Positions 47,551-61,744 of a DNA stretch of 64,000 nucleotides are shown in pieces. The notes beneath the pieces are model-generated. The model did not search any database, had not been told where the DNA came from, and saw only the letters and a list, made by a program, of their open reading frames with translations. A program made the translations under genes and the position numbers. Each line of letters opens with the position of its first letter. The first letter of the stretch is position 1. Source of the stretch: Hydrolagus affinis (taxonomy: Eukaryota); assembly GCA_012026655.1 (NCBI GenBank), contig JAAILG010000015.1:1-64000 (forward strand). Direction: 5' to 3'.

Positions 47551-47902
47551 TTTGAACTACAGCACCAGTCCTGGACAGACAGACAATCAAGGAAAAGAAA
47601 TGTGATTGATGTACGCACTCTGTACAGTAAGATTTTCATGATTGGTTCCAGTATCTTTTTTTGATTCCTCTAGAGGTTTAATCTAGGTTTAAATTTTGTT
47701 TCTTTTCAAAGTTGTGACTTAAAAAGAGACTGAACGTCACCTTTGTGATTTAATTGAGTTTAACTGCAGCTCTGAGTTGCTCATGAGAAACAATGAAATC
47801 GGTAAATAGGTATCTCTGAGTCATTAAAATGGATACCATTGAACCAAACTTGAAATATTACCAAGCTTTCAGAGGCACACATACTCATCCACCTGAGATC
47901 AT

Positions 47903-48208
47903 GGAGTCCTGAAGCTCAGTGGTTAGCGCACTCACCTTTGCAAGTGAGAGACCTGGGATCAATTCCAGGCAGGGCAAAACCTTCGACAAATTTCCTTACT
48001 CCACACGTTTAATAATAATCTCTCAAAAAAACAACAATAAATTGGTCACTTCAATCCATGCCTGTTTGTGGGATGCTGCTGGGCGCAATTGGTCACTGCA
48101 TTTTGCCGCCAAATACAGTCAATTCACTTTACAGTATATTCTGTGAAGCGCTTTGAGACTTCTAGAAGACGTGAAAAGCACTATATTAAATGCAAGGATT
48201 ATTATTAT
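47903..48208 (+). mobile_element. Full-length tRNA-derived Deu-domain SINE (young family)
   Basis: ggagtcctgaagctcagtggttagcgcactcac (A box), gggatcaattcc (B box), tgtttgtgggatgctgctgggcgcaattgg core, gtgaaaagcactatattaaatgcaagg(att)n tail. Confidence 0.92.
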
Positions 48209-48699
48209 GATCCAATCACGAGTAGCATTCACTAACAGAAGTTAGATTCTAGTAGGTCAAAATTTGGTGTACTTCAGATACAAACCAATTTCTGCATGAA
48301 TTGTTTTTGCTTTGTTAATAGTGAGAGACTATGCAAACTCAAAAAACAGTCATCATTTTTTTCTAAGAACCATTATTCACTGAACAGTGTCTCGTGGGTC
48401 TGGGTCCAAATGCAGTATACCCTGTAGAAGCACAACTCAGGTATTCCACTGAATAACTTCGCCCCATAACCTCACTTATGGTGGACTGCAGTTTCTGCAG
48501 GCTGCCAAACAAAATTAATCTTAGGGAATACAAATGCAGAGTTTTAAACCGAGGATGTTCTATCTGGCTGATCATCAAAAATCAATTTCACTGTTAGAAA
48601 GCGATTCTTAAGATCAGTTAAATTGCAAAAGATCTTGAATCAACCTCAACACCCGAGTGAAGAACAGGCTGGGAAATGTCACATCAATTAATACTATCA

Positions 48700-49000
48700 T
48701 TAACTCAACATGCTTCAGCTGTGTGCATGTTAATTTAGTCACATGGTCCATTTGGATAAAGAAGATTCTTCAGCTCAGTTCATTCTTATCCTCCATAACA
48801 GCATCAAGCCCGCCTTTTTTTTGGAAAAGAAATGAGTCCAGAGCCTTGGTCTCAATCACTCTTCCTGGCAACATATTCCAGTTGTTGATTACTCTTCCCG
48901 GTAAAGTAAATCAATCTCTGCTAGCGTTGAGTTCAACATTTCCTCAAATCCATGTGTCCCCTCTCCATGTCACTGGAAGGAACTTGTTAAAATTATTTCC
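48700..49000 (-). mobile_element. CR1 LINE 3' fragment (degenerate)
   Basis: ctcaatcactcttcctggcaacatattccagttgttgattactct is the reverse of the RVI..WN.LP..VIE region. Similar fragments occur at ~24120-24480, ~50910-51060 and ~53745-53930. Confidence 0.6.
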
Positions 49001-49348
49001 CCCTCCCTCTCTCAAAAAGACAAAGGATCTTAAATTCCTTTCGGCTTAGTTGACTTCAAATGTGATACTGACGGTAAGATTTAAAAATTTAAAAATCTTT
49101 AAAAAAAATTAATTTAAGATTTTCTTTAAAAATCTGGACTGTTGTTTTGCACTTTATAAATTGCAGGAAATGCTACGGCTGTATACTGTATTTGGTTAAA
49201 ATGGATCTTCTGGAAAGAACATAGGTTTTTGGACTTGGGCTTTCAAAATGCTTATTAGCTGCAATGTTGGTATTTCTAAGACATCGAACAAAGGTGATTT
49301 TTTTATCAGAAGATGTTTTAATACAATTTATGGTTACTTGTGCTGAGT

Positions 49349-49840
49349 GTGTCGGCTTGGCTCTATTGTTAGCACATTCATCTCTGTTCAGAGGTTGTGT
49401 TCCGCAGTGGGATTTCTCATCATTAGTCTAGGGTTTATATTCCAATAGAGTGCTGCGTTATCAAAGGTCCTGCCTTTTGGTTTAGACAATAAACTGAAGT
49501 CTCATTTGCTATATTAAAAATTCCATGCACGTACAAATGGCTGCCATGTTTGGCTGCAAATACAGCCACCACCTTGACAGCAATTACCTTTGAAATGCAT
49601 GAGAAATGTTTCGATGTTATGTTATAAAAATACTTATCTTTCTTTTTCCTACGCTGTGAGGTTAGAATAAAATGTTACCCTTGATTGACAATTGAAAATT
49701 GCGCATCTTTAACATTCACCTGAACAGGCAGCTGAAACGTCAGTTTAGTGTCTGTTCCAGAAGCAGACATTTCTGACAGTAAAGACTCCCCCAGAAAGTC
49801 TACTGCATTGGTGTGTCAGCCTAGTCTATGAACTCAAGCC
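49349..49840. mobile_element. Two degenerate older Deu-SINE fragments (plus 49349-49630; minus 49704-49840)
   Basis: gtcggcttggctctattgttagcac head, gagtgctgcgttatc, aaatggctgccatgtt; reverse fragment ttcacctgaacaggcag..gtgtcagcctag. Confidence 0.6.
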
Positions 49841-51067
49841 CTTAGCAAACTGCCAGGGGAAGCAGTGTATCATGTGCTTGCAACACAAAATACATTTTGC
49901 CGTAATTTCACACTCCACATAAAGGTAAGTGGTGTTCCGGTTCAGAGACCAGACACGTTATAAATATTTAATGTCTTTTATAGTTTGAGGGGAATCAATA
50001 ATGTTGGTGCCCTTTTTAACGTGAAGCCTGTCAACGTATGGGTAGTTAAGCCTAATAAGAGAAATGCTATAGTTTATTTTGAAATAATGAAGCACTTGAA
50101 GAGGATGGTGAAAAATAACCTTTCTCTGTTTGAGATGTGACTCACTTCACATTTTACATTTCTATTGATTTTACTGAATGGAGAAAATATCTTAACTGGT
50201 GCCTTCTGGTGTTTTTCAACCACTGTCGTCAAACCAAATCAAATTAGATTTAACCACATCTTTTACAAATGAGTGGGGTTACAACACACACATTATGCTT
50301 TGGGGGTAGGTGATTTTTTAAAAAAGAAAATTGTGATTGCATTAATAATACATATTCAATATTATCCTGACTGATAATCCCCCAGATGAAGTTGACATTC
50401 AATTCATGACTGTTTTGTGGTACATTGCTGTATGCAACCTGGCTGCCACATCGATGGCAAACTGTACCTCTATCTGAACTTTCTTCTGGTGTCCTGTCCA
50501 ACAATTTCCCAAATATTGAAACATTAATGATGATTTAATCTTAAAAAAAAACCTTCCTTGTCTTAACGGTTCAAGGAACCTTTATTAAAATTGGAACTGA
50601 ACACTGAGCTCATCGTTTGCAGGCCAGGGATGTGGCAAACCATTAGAATTTTACAGCCCAGAAGAAGATCCTTTCAGTTCTGCTGTATTTGTGCTGCCTC
50701 TTTAGAAGAGAAATCCATTCAGTCTTATGAACTTGCCATAAAGCTGCAAATCATACCTCTTCAGAAACCTATCCAATTCTTTCTTGAAAACTAATGCATG
50801 ATTCTGCCTTAACCGATGCCAAATTGCAATCATACAGTACTTTTCATGTCGGGAGGATGACTGAAGGCGCTGGACAGTCAAGGTTTTGCATTTGAGCTAG
50901 GTGGGGTTGGGGTCATTCCAAACAAAGCATTCCACATCCTAACAAAACTGCGTTTAAAAGAAAAATCTTTTAAATCTTCCTCTTTGAATCACCGTAAATG
51001 GATGCCCTGTGGTCACTGAATCAATGATCAGAGGAATCAAATTCTCCCTATTAACTCATCAAGACAT

Positions 51068-51535
51068 GGAGCTCAGTGATTAGAGCACTCGCCTTATAAG
51101 CCGTAGACCTGGGTTCAATTCCAGACAGGGTGAAACCTTGGGCAAGTTTCTTTACTCCACACATAATAATAATAATCCCTCAAAAAAAATTAATAAAATG
51201 GTCTTTTAAATCTACATTTGTGGAACATTGCTGTGCGCAATTGGTTGCCACATTTCACCCAAATATACACAATCAATTCACTTTACAGTATATTTGTGGA
51301 GTCCTGTAACTCAGTGATTAGGGCACTCCCCTTACAAGCATAAAACAGACCTGTATTTCGAATCCGGGCAGGTCAGTGTGAAACCTTGGGCAAGTTTCCT
51401 TACTCCACATGCCTAATAATAATCCGTCCCCAAAAAAACTATAATAAATTTGTTATTTCAATTCACAACTGTTTGTGGGACATTGCTGCGTGCAATCGGC
51501 TGCCATGTTTCACCCACAAATAGACAGTCAATTGA
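51068..51535 (+). mobile_element. Two head-to-tail young SINE copies (51068-51297; 51298-51535), both lacking terminal tails
   Basis: Each has an A box (ctcagtgattag), a B box (gggttcaattcc / ttcgaatcc), aaaccttgggcaagtttc and the Deu core. Confidence 0.9.
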
Positions 51536-52588
51536 CGGTCAGGTCAAATTCTGGGCAGGCACCACCATGGACTTCTGAATGTGGTCTCACTTCATGATGT
51601 ACCCAAATGAATGACATTTGAGTATCGCCACCAAGGCAAGGAGATCGTGCTGTCTTATTCGATAGCTTTCTTTTATTATTTCACAATGCCTGTGCTGAAA
51701 TAGCTATGCAAAATAAACATATGTCCACAGGCAGTAAAAATGCAGTCACATCACAAAGCAGTTTCATCTGATTTTTTTTAGGTTAGAAAATTGACACACA
51801 AATACTCATTAAAATTTATTTCACTGGGTTGAAAATACACTACAAGCGTTTCAAATAGATCAGATCATGGACATTCCTGTGATATGACAAATATCTTCGC
51901 TCGCGAGGCTGACTGTAATCCATTCGTCACTTTGTCACTGCTGAGTTATCCGGTCAGCTGCGTTTGGGGCAATATTCATCATGTCACACTGCTTGCTGTG
52001 ATATATTCTCTCCTCCGCATGCAACTCTCTTTGTTACGTGCTGCACTTTGATAAATACATTCAAAAAGGACAATAGGGAAGTTACTCCTGCAATCTTGCC
52101 GTCACTCCATTGTGTAATATCGACACTGAAGACTGCACCGCCTGTATGTCATGGGCCCCAGAGGATTTAACTTGATATTTTAGGGTAGTAGTATTCTAAG
52201 AGAGTTTTAAAACAAAAAATAGATGCAATAGTCCCAAGGCTGGAAGCATGTCTCGCACAACAGTCAGCATATTAGAACCTATTATAAAACTGGCCATTTC
52301 CCACGCCAAGTGAAAGCACTGTTAGAAGGACAGTGCAATCAGATTCAATCTTTGCAAAGTTATCCCTGGACTTCATCTTCTACCCAACCCAGGTACAGTG
52401 CAACTAACTGAAGATTTTGTCAGATTAATTTTTAATGCAAATCCGAGGGATTTCATGGAGCTTTGGAACTGATACCAAACACGGAAAGATACAAAACAGC
52501 AACGTAAAAAGCTTCTGAGATGCAGCAGCTGCATAAAATATTTATCTGAATGTGAGAGTAACATTTTTAATGAAGACGTCATTTGAAG

Positions 52589-52760
52589 AAACAACAACAA
52601 CAAAATTACATTTATAGAGCGATTTCACGTCGAGAAGACGTCCCAAGGCGTTGCCCAGTTAGGTCGGGACCCAAGCGGGGGCTGTGGGGGGTGAAGAATT
52701 GGGGTAGGGGCGGGAGGAAGGAGAGTAGGAAGGGGGCAAAAGTTAGGAGGGCAGCAGAAG
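52589..52760 (-). mobile_element. L2 LINE 3'UTR fragment
   Basis: (CAA)n aaattacatttatagagcgatttcacgtcgagaagacgtcccaaggcg plus a G-rich tract; reverse-complement match to 26120-26235. Confidence 0.8.
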
Positions 52761-54536
52761 GAATAATTGGTGCAAACGATACGAAGCACTGCAAATAGTA
52801 TTGGAGCTAAAGTTTTCCTGGGTAGATGCACCGTTATAAATGCTAGGGTGAACCTGAGATTAAAATGAAATTCTGTGTTAAAAGCACTGAAATTTAAGTG
52901 AGTGTATTGGTGTTTTGAATTTTCCTCCTTCTTCAGCTGTGAGTGTGTAGGTGTCTTTCTATTGGGAAGAAATGTTTTCGGTTATTGTGTGGAGATTAAA
53001 ACATGCAATGCCATGTGGGGGAAAGCTGTCTTGAGACACGATTTGGTCAACATTAGGAATCATTTAATATAAACTTACACAATTGGGGGTCTGCAGATAG
53101 AATTTTAAACATCTTTTACAGTGAACCATAAACCTACAATATACCTATGTTTTAGGATGAAACCTTGGTTCAATGATGAACATTTTTTCTAAATGGCAAA
53201 TAGTAAGGCAGTGCTGCTTTGTGCATTTGGAACTAAATCTGGACGTTTCACTTGATTGAAACAACCCTGCTTTCACTGCTCTCCACATACATTCCAGGAT
53301 TGAGCTCACTGAAATGTTACTTCATTAAAATAAATGCAAAAATGAAAAAAAAGGTGCACTGCCCATTTTCCTGAATAAATTTGAGTTCCGAATACATTTG
53401 ATTAGTTTTAAATAATTAAACAAAGAAGTGTGTACAATATGCACAATCAATTAATATTTATGAGTTGGGTTTGAATGGCAGCCCAGTGTAAAGCAGCTGC
53501 AAGGCTGATCTATGGTAATATGGTTCCATCTCTGGAACACATTGCTCTACCCAATGAACCTTGTCCTTCACCCCATATACAAAATGGCAATTTTGATGAA
53601 GTGCCATCAAGACTGATTTCTATAGGAGTATCATTAAGTTGAATTCGATAGAAATAATAGGACTGCTATGTTTTACTTGATGTCTCCTTGTAAAATAACT
53701 ACTGTGGGCCATACTCAGATTGGAATATATTACACGGAAATAAACAGAATTGAAACAGCACAGAAACAGTCCATGCAATCCAATTAGTCCATGCCAGTTT
53801 ATACTCTACACAAGCCTCCACTCTTTCCCCACAAACCCTCTCCTGATCCCCTATATTCCCTCCTCCCTCCTGTATGCGTCATGTTTCCTCTTAAATCCAT
53901 TGATGAATATTCCCTTAAATGTAGACCACTCCAAGGACATTTAGAAAACATTTGATTTTGACACCAATTAATCTGAAGTGGAGAGAAGTGTAAATTTTAA
54001 TATTTTAGATTATGGTAATATTATCTTTAATGATCTTTAATATACCAATCCCGCAATATCCACTGAGATTTGGCATCAACTATTTTGTGAGTATCTGAGA
54101 TTAGTCCTTCATGCCCTTTTGCAGGACGACCTCAAGCTCTGCGACCATGACACTGTTTGAATTTCTCGTACTGATTAATGTGTAAAGAAGTTCATTGATT
54201 CTTTTGAACATTAAGAATTTACAGGCGTCGCCTGGAAACTGCAAGATATTATGTCTGGAATAAATTAATTCCTCTTACAATACAACAGTGAGTCAGTGAT
54301 GCTTTATTTAGAAGATGTAACTCGATGATGAAAAGCAGCAAAGGGACAACACTTTTATCGATATAATTCACCTGCTTGTCCATACCTGGTGTTGGCATGT
54401 TTGCAATATTTAAACTTCACCTATGACTTTCCATATGAACTCACTATTCAATAATAACCAATAGTAAACCATATATTTGAAACAATCACTTTCATGTCAG
54501 GAGCTCGTCTGAAAGCACTCAGCGGGAGTTACCCTA

Positions 54537-54900
54537 AATAATAATAATAATCATAATCCTTGCATTTGGAATAATGATAATCCTTGCATTTGATGTAGTG
54601 CTTTTCATGTCTTCTAGACGGCTCAAAGCGCTTCACAGAATATACTGTAAAGTGAATTGACTGTATATTTTGTGGCACGCAGCAGCCAATTGTGCACAGC
54701 AGTGTCCCACAAACAGCCGTGGATTGAAATGACCAATTTTATTATTGTGGTTGTTTTTTGGAGGGATTATTATTAGGTGTGTGGAGCAAGGAACCTTGCC
54801 CAAGGTTTCTATAGCACCGTATCATGTCCTTGAGACATCTCAAAGCATTCCACAGAATATACTGTAAAGTAGATTGACTGTATATTTTCTGGGTGGAATA
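54537..54900 (-). mobile_element. Headless young SINE (54537-54809, duplicated tail end) plus a second tail fragment (54810-54900)
   Basis: Near-consensus tail and Deu core, ending at cccaaggtttc. Confidence 0.9.
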
Positions 54901-57900
54901 TGACCAAGCCTTCAATTCCTACATCTTGTACTGCTGGAACTCCTCTATAATTTAATTTCCTCTTGTTCCTGAGTTTTGTTTTGTTTAATGTGCTGCAACT
55001 GGGTATAGTATTTTGTCGGTGAATGCTTACATACTTTCCCAATGTGGGAAAGAATGCTTCAGTTCACCCACATTATCTCTTGGTTTATTCCAAAAATGTA
55101 AGCCCGGCTGGTGAAACTTTACAATGAAATAAGCAACAGTTTATAATGTATCAATAAATTGAAAAGATAGGTTTTGTGCGTCAAGCTGCATTGTCGGATG
55201 CTGTTAATGCAAGTATTTATACCAGCAGAGAGGTTTTTCCTGTGTTAAGTGAAGGATATTTGATGCTAACCTGTCCTTATTGTATATAGATTGCATAGTG
55301 CCTGATTAGAAGTTGTACTATTGTATTTCAATGAGGAGGGGAGGGAGAGATGACGGTAAGCAAGGTAGGTTTTTAGGTGGAATTTCAAGTCAGGTGGAAA
55401 AGGAGGGAAGTGGAGGTTGGTGCGGAAAATAAACCTGGGTTTGATAACACTGAACTACAAGCTTGTAAACTGCATGCAGCATTTTGACCATTTACAAACC
55501 ACTAAGCTTGAGATACTTCAGTTTGAATGGCAAACATATTCGCTGCAAAGTTAATGAATTCAAACTGTGTTGGCTTTAACATGCACAATCAATTAGAGCT
55601 GTCAACTGGCAAGTGAAAGTGTCCCACCAAAAAAAAAGTTCTTAATTGAATTCAAGCCCTGATCAGGAATCATGTTTCCACCGTTACTAATTAATCTAAA
55701 ATAAGAACCAGCAGTCAATTGTTTCTTGTGCTGTGGCTGCATTTCCAGCTCATAATCTAATGCCTATGAGATACGGTTTTGAAACCCAGATAAACCACGT
55801 CAACTGCAATGTAAAAAGTGTCACTTCAGCCCAGTTTCTCCTCATCATTCTTTTCTTAAAGTGTATTCATTTATATTGAGCCATCCTCGAGTAACATCAT
55901 TAACAGTGCAGGAGCAACGCTGCGTTGTCAGAGGTACCATGTATGTACCCGATGAGGATAGGGATCAGAGAGCCTAGTTAATACTGTAATGGATGGATCA
56001 AGCTCAGTGTACTTACATGCGTTGACAAACCTTTCCAGGGCATAGGCATGTGACCAGTGAAATCAACGCAAAAAGTCCAGACAAAATATTCACTCACACA
56101 TGAAATTTTATTGGCGTTATGTGTTTTCTAGATTAAAGGTGAGATTCTGAGCAGAGGAAAAATCACTGATTTCTCTGTTGAATTAGAGAAACGTTTAATA
56201 ATCGTTTTGACAGTGGAATCGGTGCTGGTTTGATGAGGTACAATTGCTTCATTCCCAATCTTCCAAAGTGAGCACCATTTGTGACAGTTAACGTATCTGA
56301 TGTTCTGCATCGAAGCTGTGTCCGATTGTACAGTTGAGCTTACAGGTTGAGCATGATTCGGTTGAATGACCCAAGGTGTAAAGGGGCTATACACTATTTT
56401 TAGCCTTGTCAATCCATTCCTCTGAGGGACTAACAGGAAAACTCGATTCAAATCATGGAGCCAGATGTATGATGGTTTGATTAGATTAATCTAGGCCTTG
56501 CCCTTGAAAGCTTATATCTGACACCCTTAACTAAATCTACCGAGATATTAGCATCATCTGGAGAGAATTATTGAAAGCTCATGCGATTTTACACATCTCC
56601 TTGGTTAACATTAGTAATATGATGAAGCATCTGTGTTAACAAGCCTGCAGCTGTTAACCCATGGCCTGTTAATCAAGGACCTCTACCATGTTATTCAAAT
56701 GCATTTTTAGTGAACTAAAGGTTAATTGTCAGGCGATGCATAGTATCCGCTGGGATCTAGCCTGGAGGGAGCTTTGATGTGTTGTGTGGAGGAATCCACA
56801 TCAGGCGACTCGTCTTCGGAGAAGCTACAACGGTTTGGGGAGAAGAGGGACTGGACGTCACCTTCAGAATGGGAAACTCAATTAGCAACACAAGGGGGCC
56901 AACCGATTCGTGGAATTGGTGCTTCAGTCTGCAACAGTTTACAAGTCAATGATTCCACGCCTAGTAAGTTGATGACTTTGTTATCAGGGAAAGATGCCAG
57001 GCAGATGCCAAACGCTCCCTCTCAGGGAAGAGGGAGCAGACAGAGGGTGAATGACTTAATGCTCCTTTCAACAAATCCTTGGCAACCCATAACAGAGCAG
57101 CAGATGTTGGGATATAGGATGTCTGCACATTTCCTCAACTCCAAACAATGTGTGGTTGAAGTCTGAGAAAGAGCAAAGGAATACAATGATTTATAACAAT
57201 TCTAGCTCTGCTAGAAACAATAAATAACAATGCTAATGTTTCAAAGCCCTATCTACAATATACAATATACTAAGTCTTTATGAAACCATTCGCTTTCCAG
57301 TTCAGTCAAGTTTGGTCTTTCAAATATCTTGCAGTGTCTTGCAGTAATAGTTATCCTTTTATTCCAAAGAAAACTGAACCGGGCTGACAGATGGGACCAA
57401 AGTATTTGCACATACTTTACATATGGAGCATGATACACATGTGTTTAGGCGGAGTTGATACAATAAACATCAGCGCTAATGAGAGAATATTTTCCACTGT
57501 TTCAGATAAATAGTGCCTGGTACAAACCTCCTGAGTACGGTCTGTAACGTGTTTCGCTGCACGCTCTTCTATGCTTCAACACAATGTATCTTGTGGTTTG
57601 GCTCCCAAGTACACAAATCATTTGTCAAATACGCAGAAATATTCACCGGCAAGTTTTGCAAATGTGCTCAATCCTATCAAAGCAGCTACAGTGAAGATTT
57701 ATGCTATGAAATATTAGCTGCTCAGCAATGTATAAAAGAGGCATTGATTAAGCACTGTAATTATTTGTAATGGGAAAAGGAGTGAAATGCATTAAATGAT
57801 CAATCTAATTATCCAACTTCAAAGGAAAACATTCTTTTGTCTAATAGCAAATGATTTTTAAACCTAGTTTTATCGGAACTTAATTAAAATCCTGGGGGAA

Positions 57901-59139
57901 AGCTGTGTACTTTGGTCAAAAACGACAACAGATTTATAGTTCCTAATGTGTGGAGGTAAAATGGCCATCAGTTAAAAATAATGAAAATGTAAATGGGGGG
58001 GAAACCATCAAATCTATTGCTTTTCCTCATATAAAATTCACCACATTCAAATCATATTTCCATTACCGCTATAGAAATGCTAGCGTCAACAAACAATGAG
58101 ATTATACAAATCAGGGCAGCAATTATGATAGTTATTCTATCGCTAGATGCAGTACAAACAGAAGGTGAGGGTCTGCTTAGAAATGGGTGGGTCCTCAATC
58201 TTGCCTGCATTTGGTGATGTGAATTAGCAGTGAAAGTGAAAATTGGCTTTAGTGATTTCATTATTATTCACTTGTAAAAAAAAATTTATCCTCACATGAT
58301 TTCCATAGCGCACTGAGGGAACACGGCGGAGGTTGTGAACTCACTCGAAGAATAATGGGCGAAGAAACTATGCCCTGTCATTCTGACGAGCAACATGTTA
58401 TATGCACTTAATCCTGAGTCAATGCTAACTAAACCCAGGAATTAGCACACTGAAATTGATGTCTGATGAATATGCATAAAAATGACCTTGGGGAAAGAGA
58501 AATGAGTGCTCTGCATCCATGTTACACTTGAAAGCAATCCTCAGCCTAAATCTTAAATGTAGGCCAATGCAGTACTATTTTGCCTTTAGCCCGATTTTCA
58601 TACACTTAAAATTTAAGGAATGATTAGCAGCAAAAAGAAATACACCTCCTCATTGTAGTGAGGCTGTACCTATCACTATTATAAAAGGACCAGGCACCAG
58701 TAATTATTGATTAGATAGTTAATCTCTAATCTGGTAGAAATATTTATCCAGTCACACTGAACTGCAGGACAATTGAATTGAGTCACCTTCTCTTATACTG
58801 TCTCCCTTTTCTCTTTGATAAACTCAAGGATGTATGAGGTGATGTGTTTCGTATGTTACATAACCATGATTGTGAGATACCAGATTGCTTGAAGCTGTTG
58901 CAATATTGATGTGGATTTGATTTGTTAAGCAGAGAAGCTGCCCAGCATGTATCTGACCACTGTGAATCCTTATTGAAGCAGGTATGTTCGCATTGAATGT
59001 AATTGCCATTAGTTCAAGGCCACACCAAGATCTGAAATTTTTGACCAACAGCTAAGCTTCCCTAATGAATAAAATATTTTTTTCCCCAAAAAAACAAGCC
59101 CCGATAAAAGGGGAAAGGCATGTATATTTCGTGTCAACC

Positions 59140-59515
59140 CACTTTACAGTATATTCTGTGCAGCATTTTGAGACATCTAGAAGATGTGAAAAGCGTTAGA
59201 TCAAATGATAGGATTATCATTATTATTATAAAAAAGCAAATCAGCAATCATAATCATTACAATCCGTGCATTTGCTATAGTGCCTTTCACATCGGGAGGA
59301 TGCCTCAAACAACAACAATAACAACAACAAAATTACAATTGTAGAGCGCCTTTCACGTCGAGAGGACGTCCCAAGGGGCTGAACAGTCAGGGGCTGGTGG
59401 GAGAGTTGGAGGGTGGCAGAAGGCATGATCGAAGAGGATGGCCTTGAGACCGGCCTTGAAGGAGACAAGGGAGGAAGCGAGGTGAAGGGACTGTGAGATG
59501 GGGTTCCAAAGTCAA
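59140..59515. mobile_element. Cluster: plus SINE tail (59140-59230), minus tail (59246-59308), minus L2 3' end (59309-59515)
   Basis: Three recognisable terminal motifs with (ATT)n / (AAT)n / (CAA)n ends. Confidence 0.8.
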
Positions 59516-60249
59516 ACCTCTTCATAGAATACACTGTAAAGCATAGTGATTGTGTATTTGTAGCAACAATATTTTGCACATAAATAGCATTTTTTCACAT
59601 AAGGGGATCATCTCAAAGTGCTTTACAAAGATGGAATAGGAACCCAAGCTGGGAGGGAAATAATAGCAATAAGGAAGAATGTGACTGAAGGTAGAGTTAT
59701 AGAGATATTTTTTAGATGTGTTTAAGTAAGCAGAGAGCGAGTGGTCAGGGCTGTCGCTTGCAATGCATCAGATGAATAAGAACCAGGAGACACAGAGAAT
59801 AATGATCTGTGCAGGGATCTTCAGTGACTGAAGATTCATTTTTGTCAACAAGACTACAGTCAGGAGCCAAGTGCAGCACTGTTGATGTTGGGACTTAAAA
59901 AGCTTTTTTTCACATTGTTATACAGTATCAGTTTGATCTCTTGGGTTTTCCTGCCATTCCATGCTTCCTGTACAACATTATTTTTCAAACATAGCTATAT
60001 GTAAAATAAATATATATGAAAATAATTGTTAGTCTAAGTGTTTTCATTGTCTGAAGGATTGTTGAAACACGAGTACTCAAAAATGCGATGAGTCCTTCAG
60101 AGCTTTTGATTGCTAAATAAAAGCAGAAATGTTATTCTAGATTAAATAGCTTAGTGCAGTCTCCAAGGTTTTCTGGAATTCACATCATTTATGTTTCAAT
60201 TTGTCTAATAGTTCCTGTTTTCTTAGATATGTTTAATATTAATTCGTAT

Positions 60250-60548
60250 TCCCAACGACTGTTTGTGGGACACAGCTGTGCACAATTGCCTGCCATGTTT
60301 AGCCCATTGGAATCTGACCAAACCTTGGGCAAATTTCCTTACTTCACATGCTTAATAATAATCTCTCGAAAAAACAATAATAAATTGGTCACTTCAATCC
60401 ACGACTGCTTGTGGGATGCTGCTGGCGCAATTAGCTGCCGCGTTTTGCCGACAAATAGTCAATTCACTTTACAGTATATTCTGTGAAACGCATTGTGACA
60501 TCTCACATCTCAAAGGCATGATATCAAATGCAAGGATTATTATAATAA
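60250..60548 (+). mobile_element. Deu-core fragment plus 5'-truncated young SINE (60320-60548)
   Basis: aaaccttgggcaaatttccttact..aaattggtcacttcaatccac..ctgtgaaacgc..atatcaaatgcaaggattattat; close to the 47903 copy. Confidence 0.88.
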
Positions 60549-61744
60549 TAATAATTTTTATATTATTACTATTCCATAACATTTTTACCTGCATAAAATT
60601 TGGTGGGTGGGGTGGGTGGGGGGTGTGGAGGGGATGTCAGCAAGGTGTCAGATAAATGTTGAACTCCATCTTTATGCTTAAAACTATCCAAACTAGAGTG
60701 AAAATTCTACATATGTCACTGTATATCTACAGAGCTCCCCAATGCCTAATGGGCAAAAACAAAGATGTAAGTCAAGTGAGGACAAGGTACTGTCTTGGCA
60801 GTGATGCTTCCCATGCTCAAATTCCCTGCCAACACTCACCGTCAACACGATCTCATTAATAATAGCCAGATAGTATCTGTGATTTTCCATTATAATAGGG
60901 ACACACACACACGCGCAAAAAATACCTTCATGAAAGTATGAAGGAAGAGGAACAAAGTTAGCAGAAAAATTATGGTGCAGACCAGTCTGAGAGATAAATG
61001 AATTTTAGCAGGAAAAACTCAGCAGATATTGACTTACATATTGTAGTTGAGTGCGTTAATGGTCACAGGTGTTGGTTGGTAAAGGTACAGTTCTACTGTT
61101 CTCCAACTGTTTTTCCAATGCAACAGGATTTATTGTGTTGCAGCTTTAAGGTCTATGTGTTTATTTTTTCTGAGTGAGACAAGTGACTATTGATCACTGC
61201 GTGTTACCACTTTCATGTTGAGGAACAATGTTGATTGTAGCTGTCAATCATTGTTAGGCAATGTGATTTGCATGTAAATGAACACCAATTGGTGTTTAGT
61301 GCATGCAACTGAGTAAAACTGCTTGCTAATGTTAGGATTGTGTGGAGGTAATTGTCTATTATCGGAAGATGTCTTTTTAAACTAATCTGCCCTTTCTCAA
61401 AAATGTATAGCCAACTAAGTACCGGAGGGCTCATGTTTAGAAGTGTTACGAATTCCAAAGAAACTTGCAAAGAAATTGCAAATCATATTGGAATCTTTTT
61501 TTTCCGTATCCTTCGAGTGCAAAGTATCCCAGAAGATATGTCTGCAAAGACGTTGAGTCAATGAACTTAGATCCAAGAGTGGAAAAAACCCATCTACTTT
61601 TAGCCTTGACATTGACCGTATGTCCAGATGATTTATGCTGAACAGCAAATATGACTGTAAGGATGGAGATTCCGCTGTTAACCTCTACGCATGTCCTAGT
61701 TCCATTAGATTGCGAATTCTCTTTCTAACTCAGTACCCTCCACA

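Noticed and set aside
47558-47580. REST/RE1-like CAGCACC-N6-GGACAG
   Set aside because: Spacer is non-canonical and the flanks match poorly. Other hits in the window are half-sites only.
47903-47975. tRNA-like sequences (also at 5770-5838, 8890-8962, 31390-31457, 51068, 51298)
   Set aside because: These are SINE heads. They lack an acceptor stem, have variable anticodon loops (TGC/TAC/TTC), and run into SINE body sequence.
56774-57166. 130-aa ORF in a GC-richer patch
   Set aside because: Non-ATG start in the track and no recognisable family or exon boundaries.
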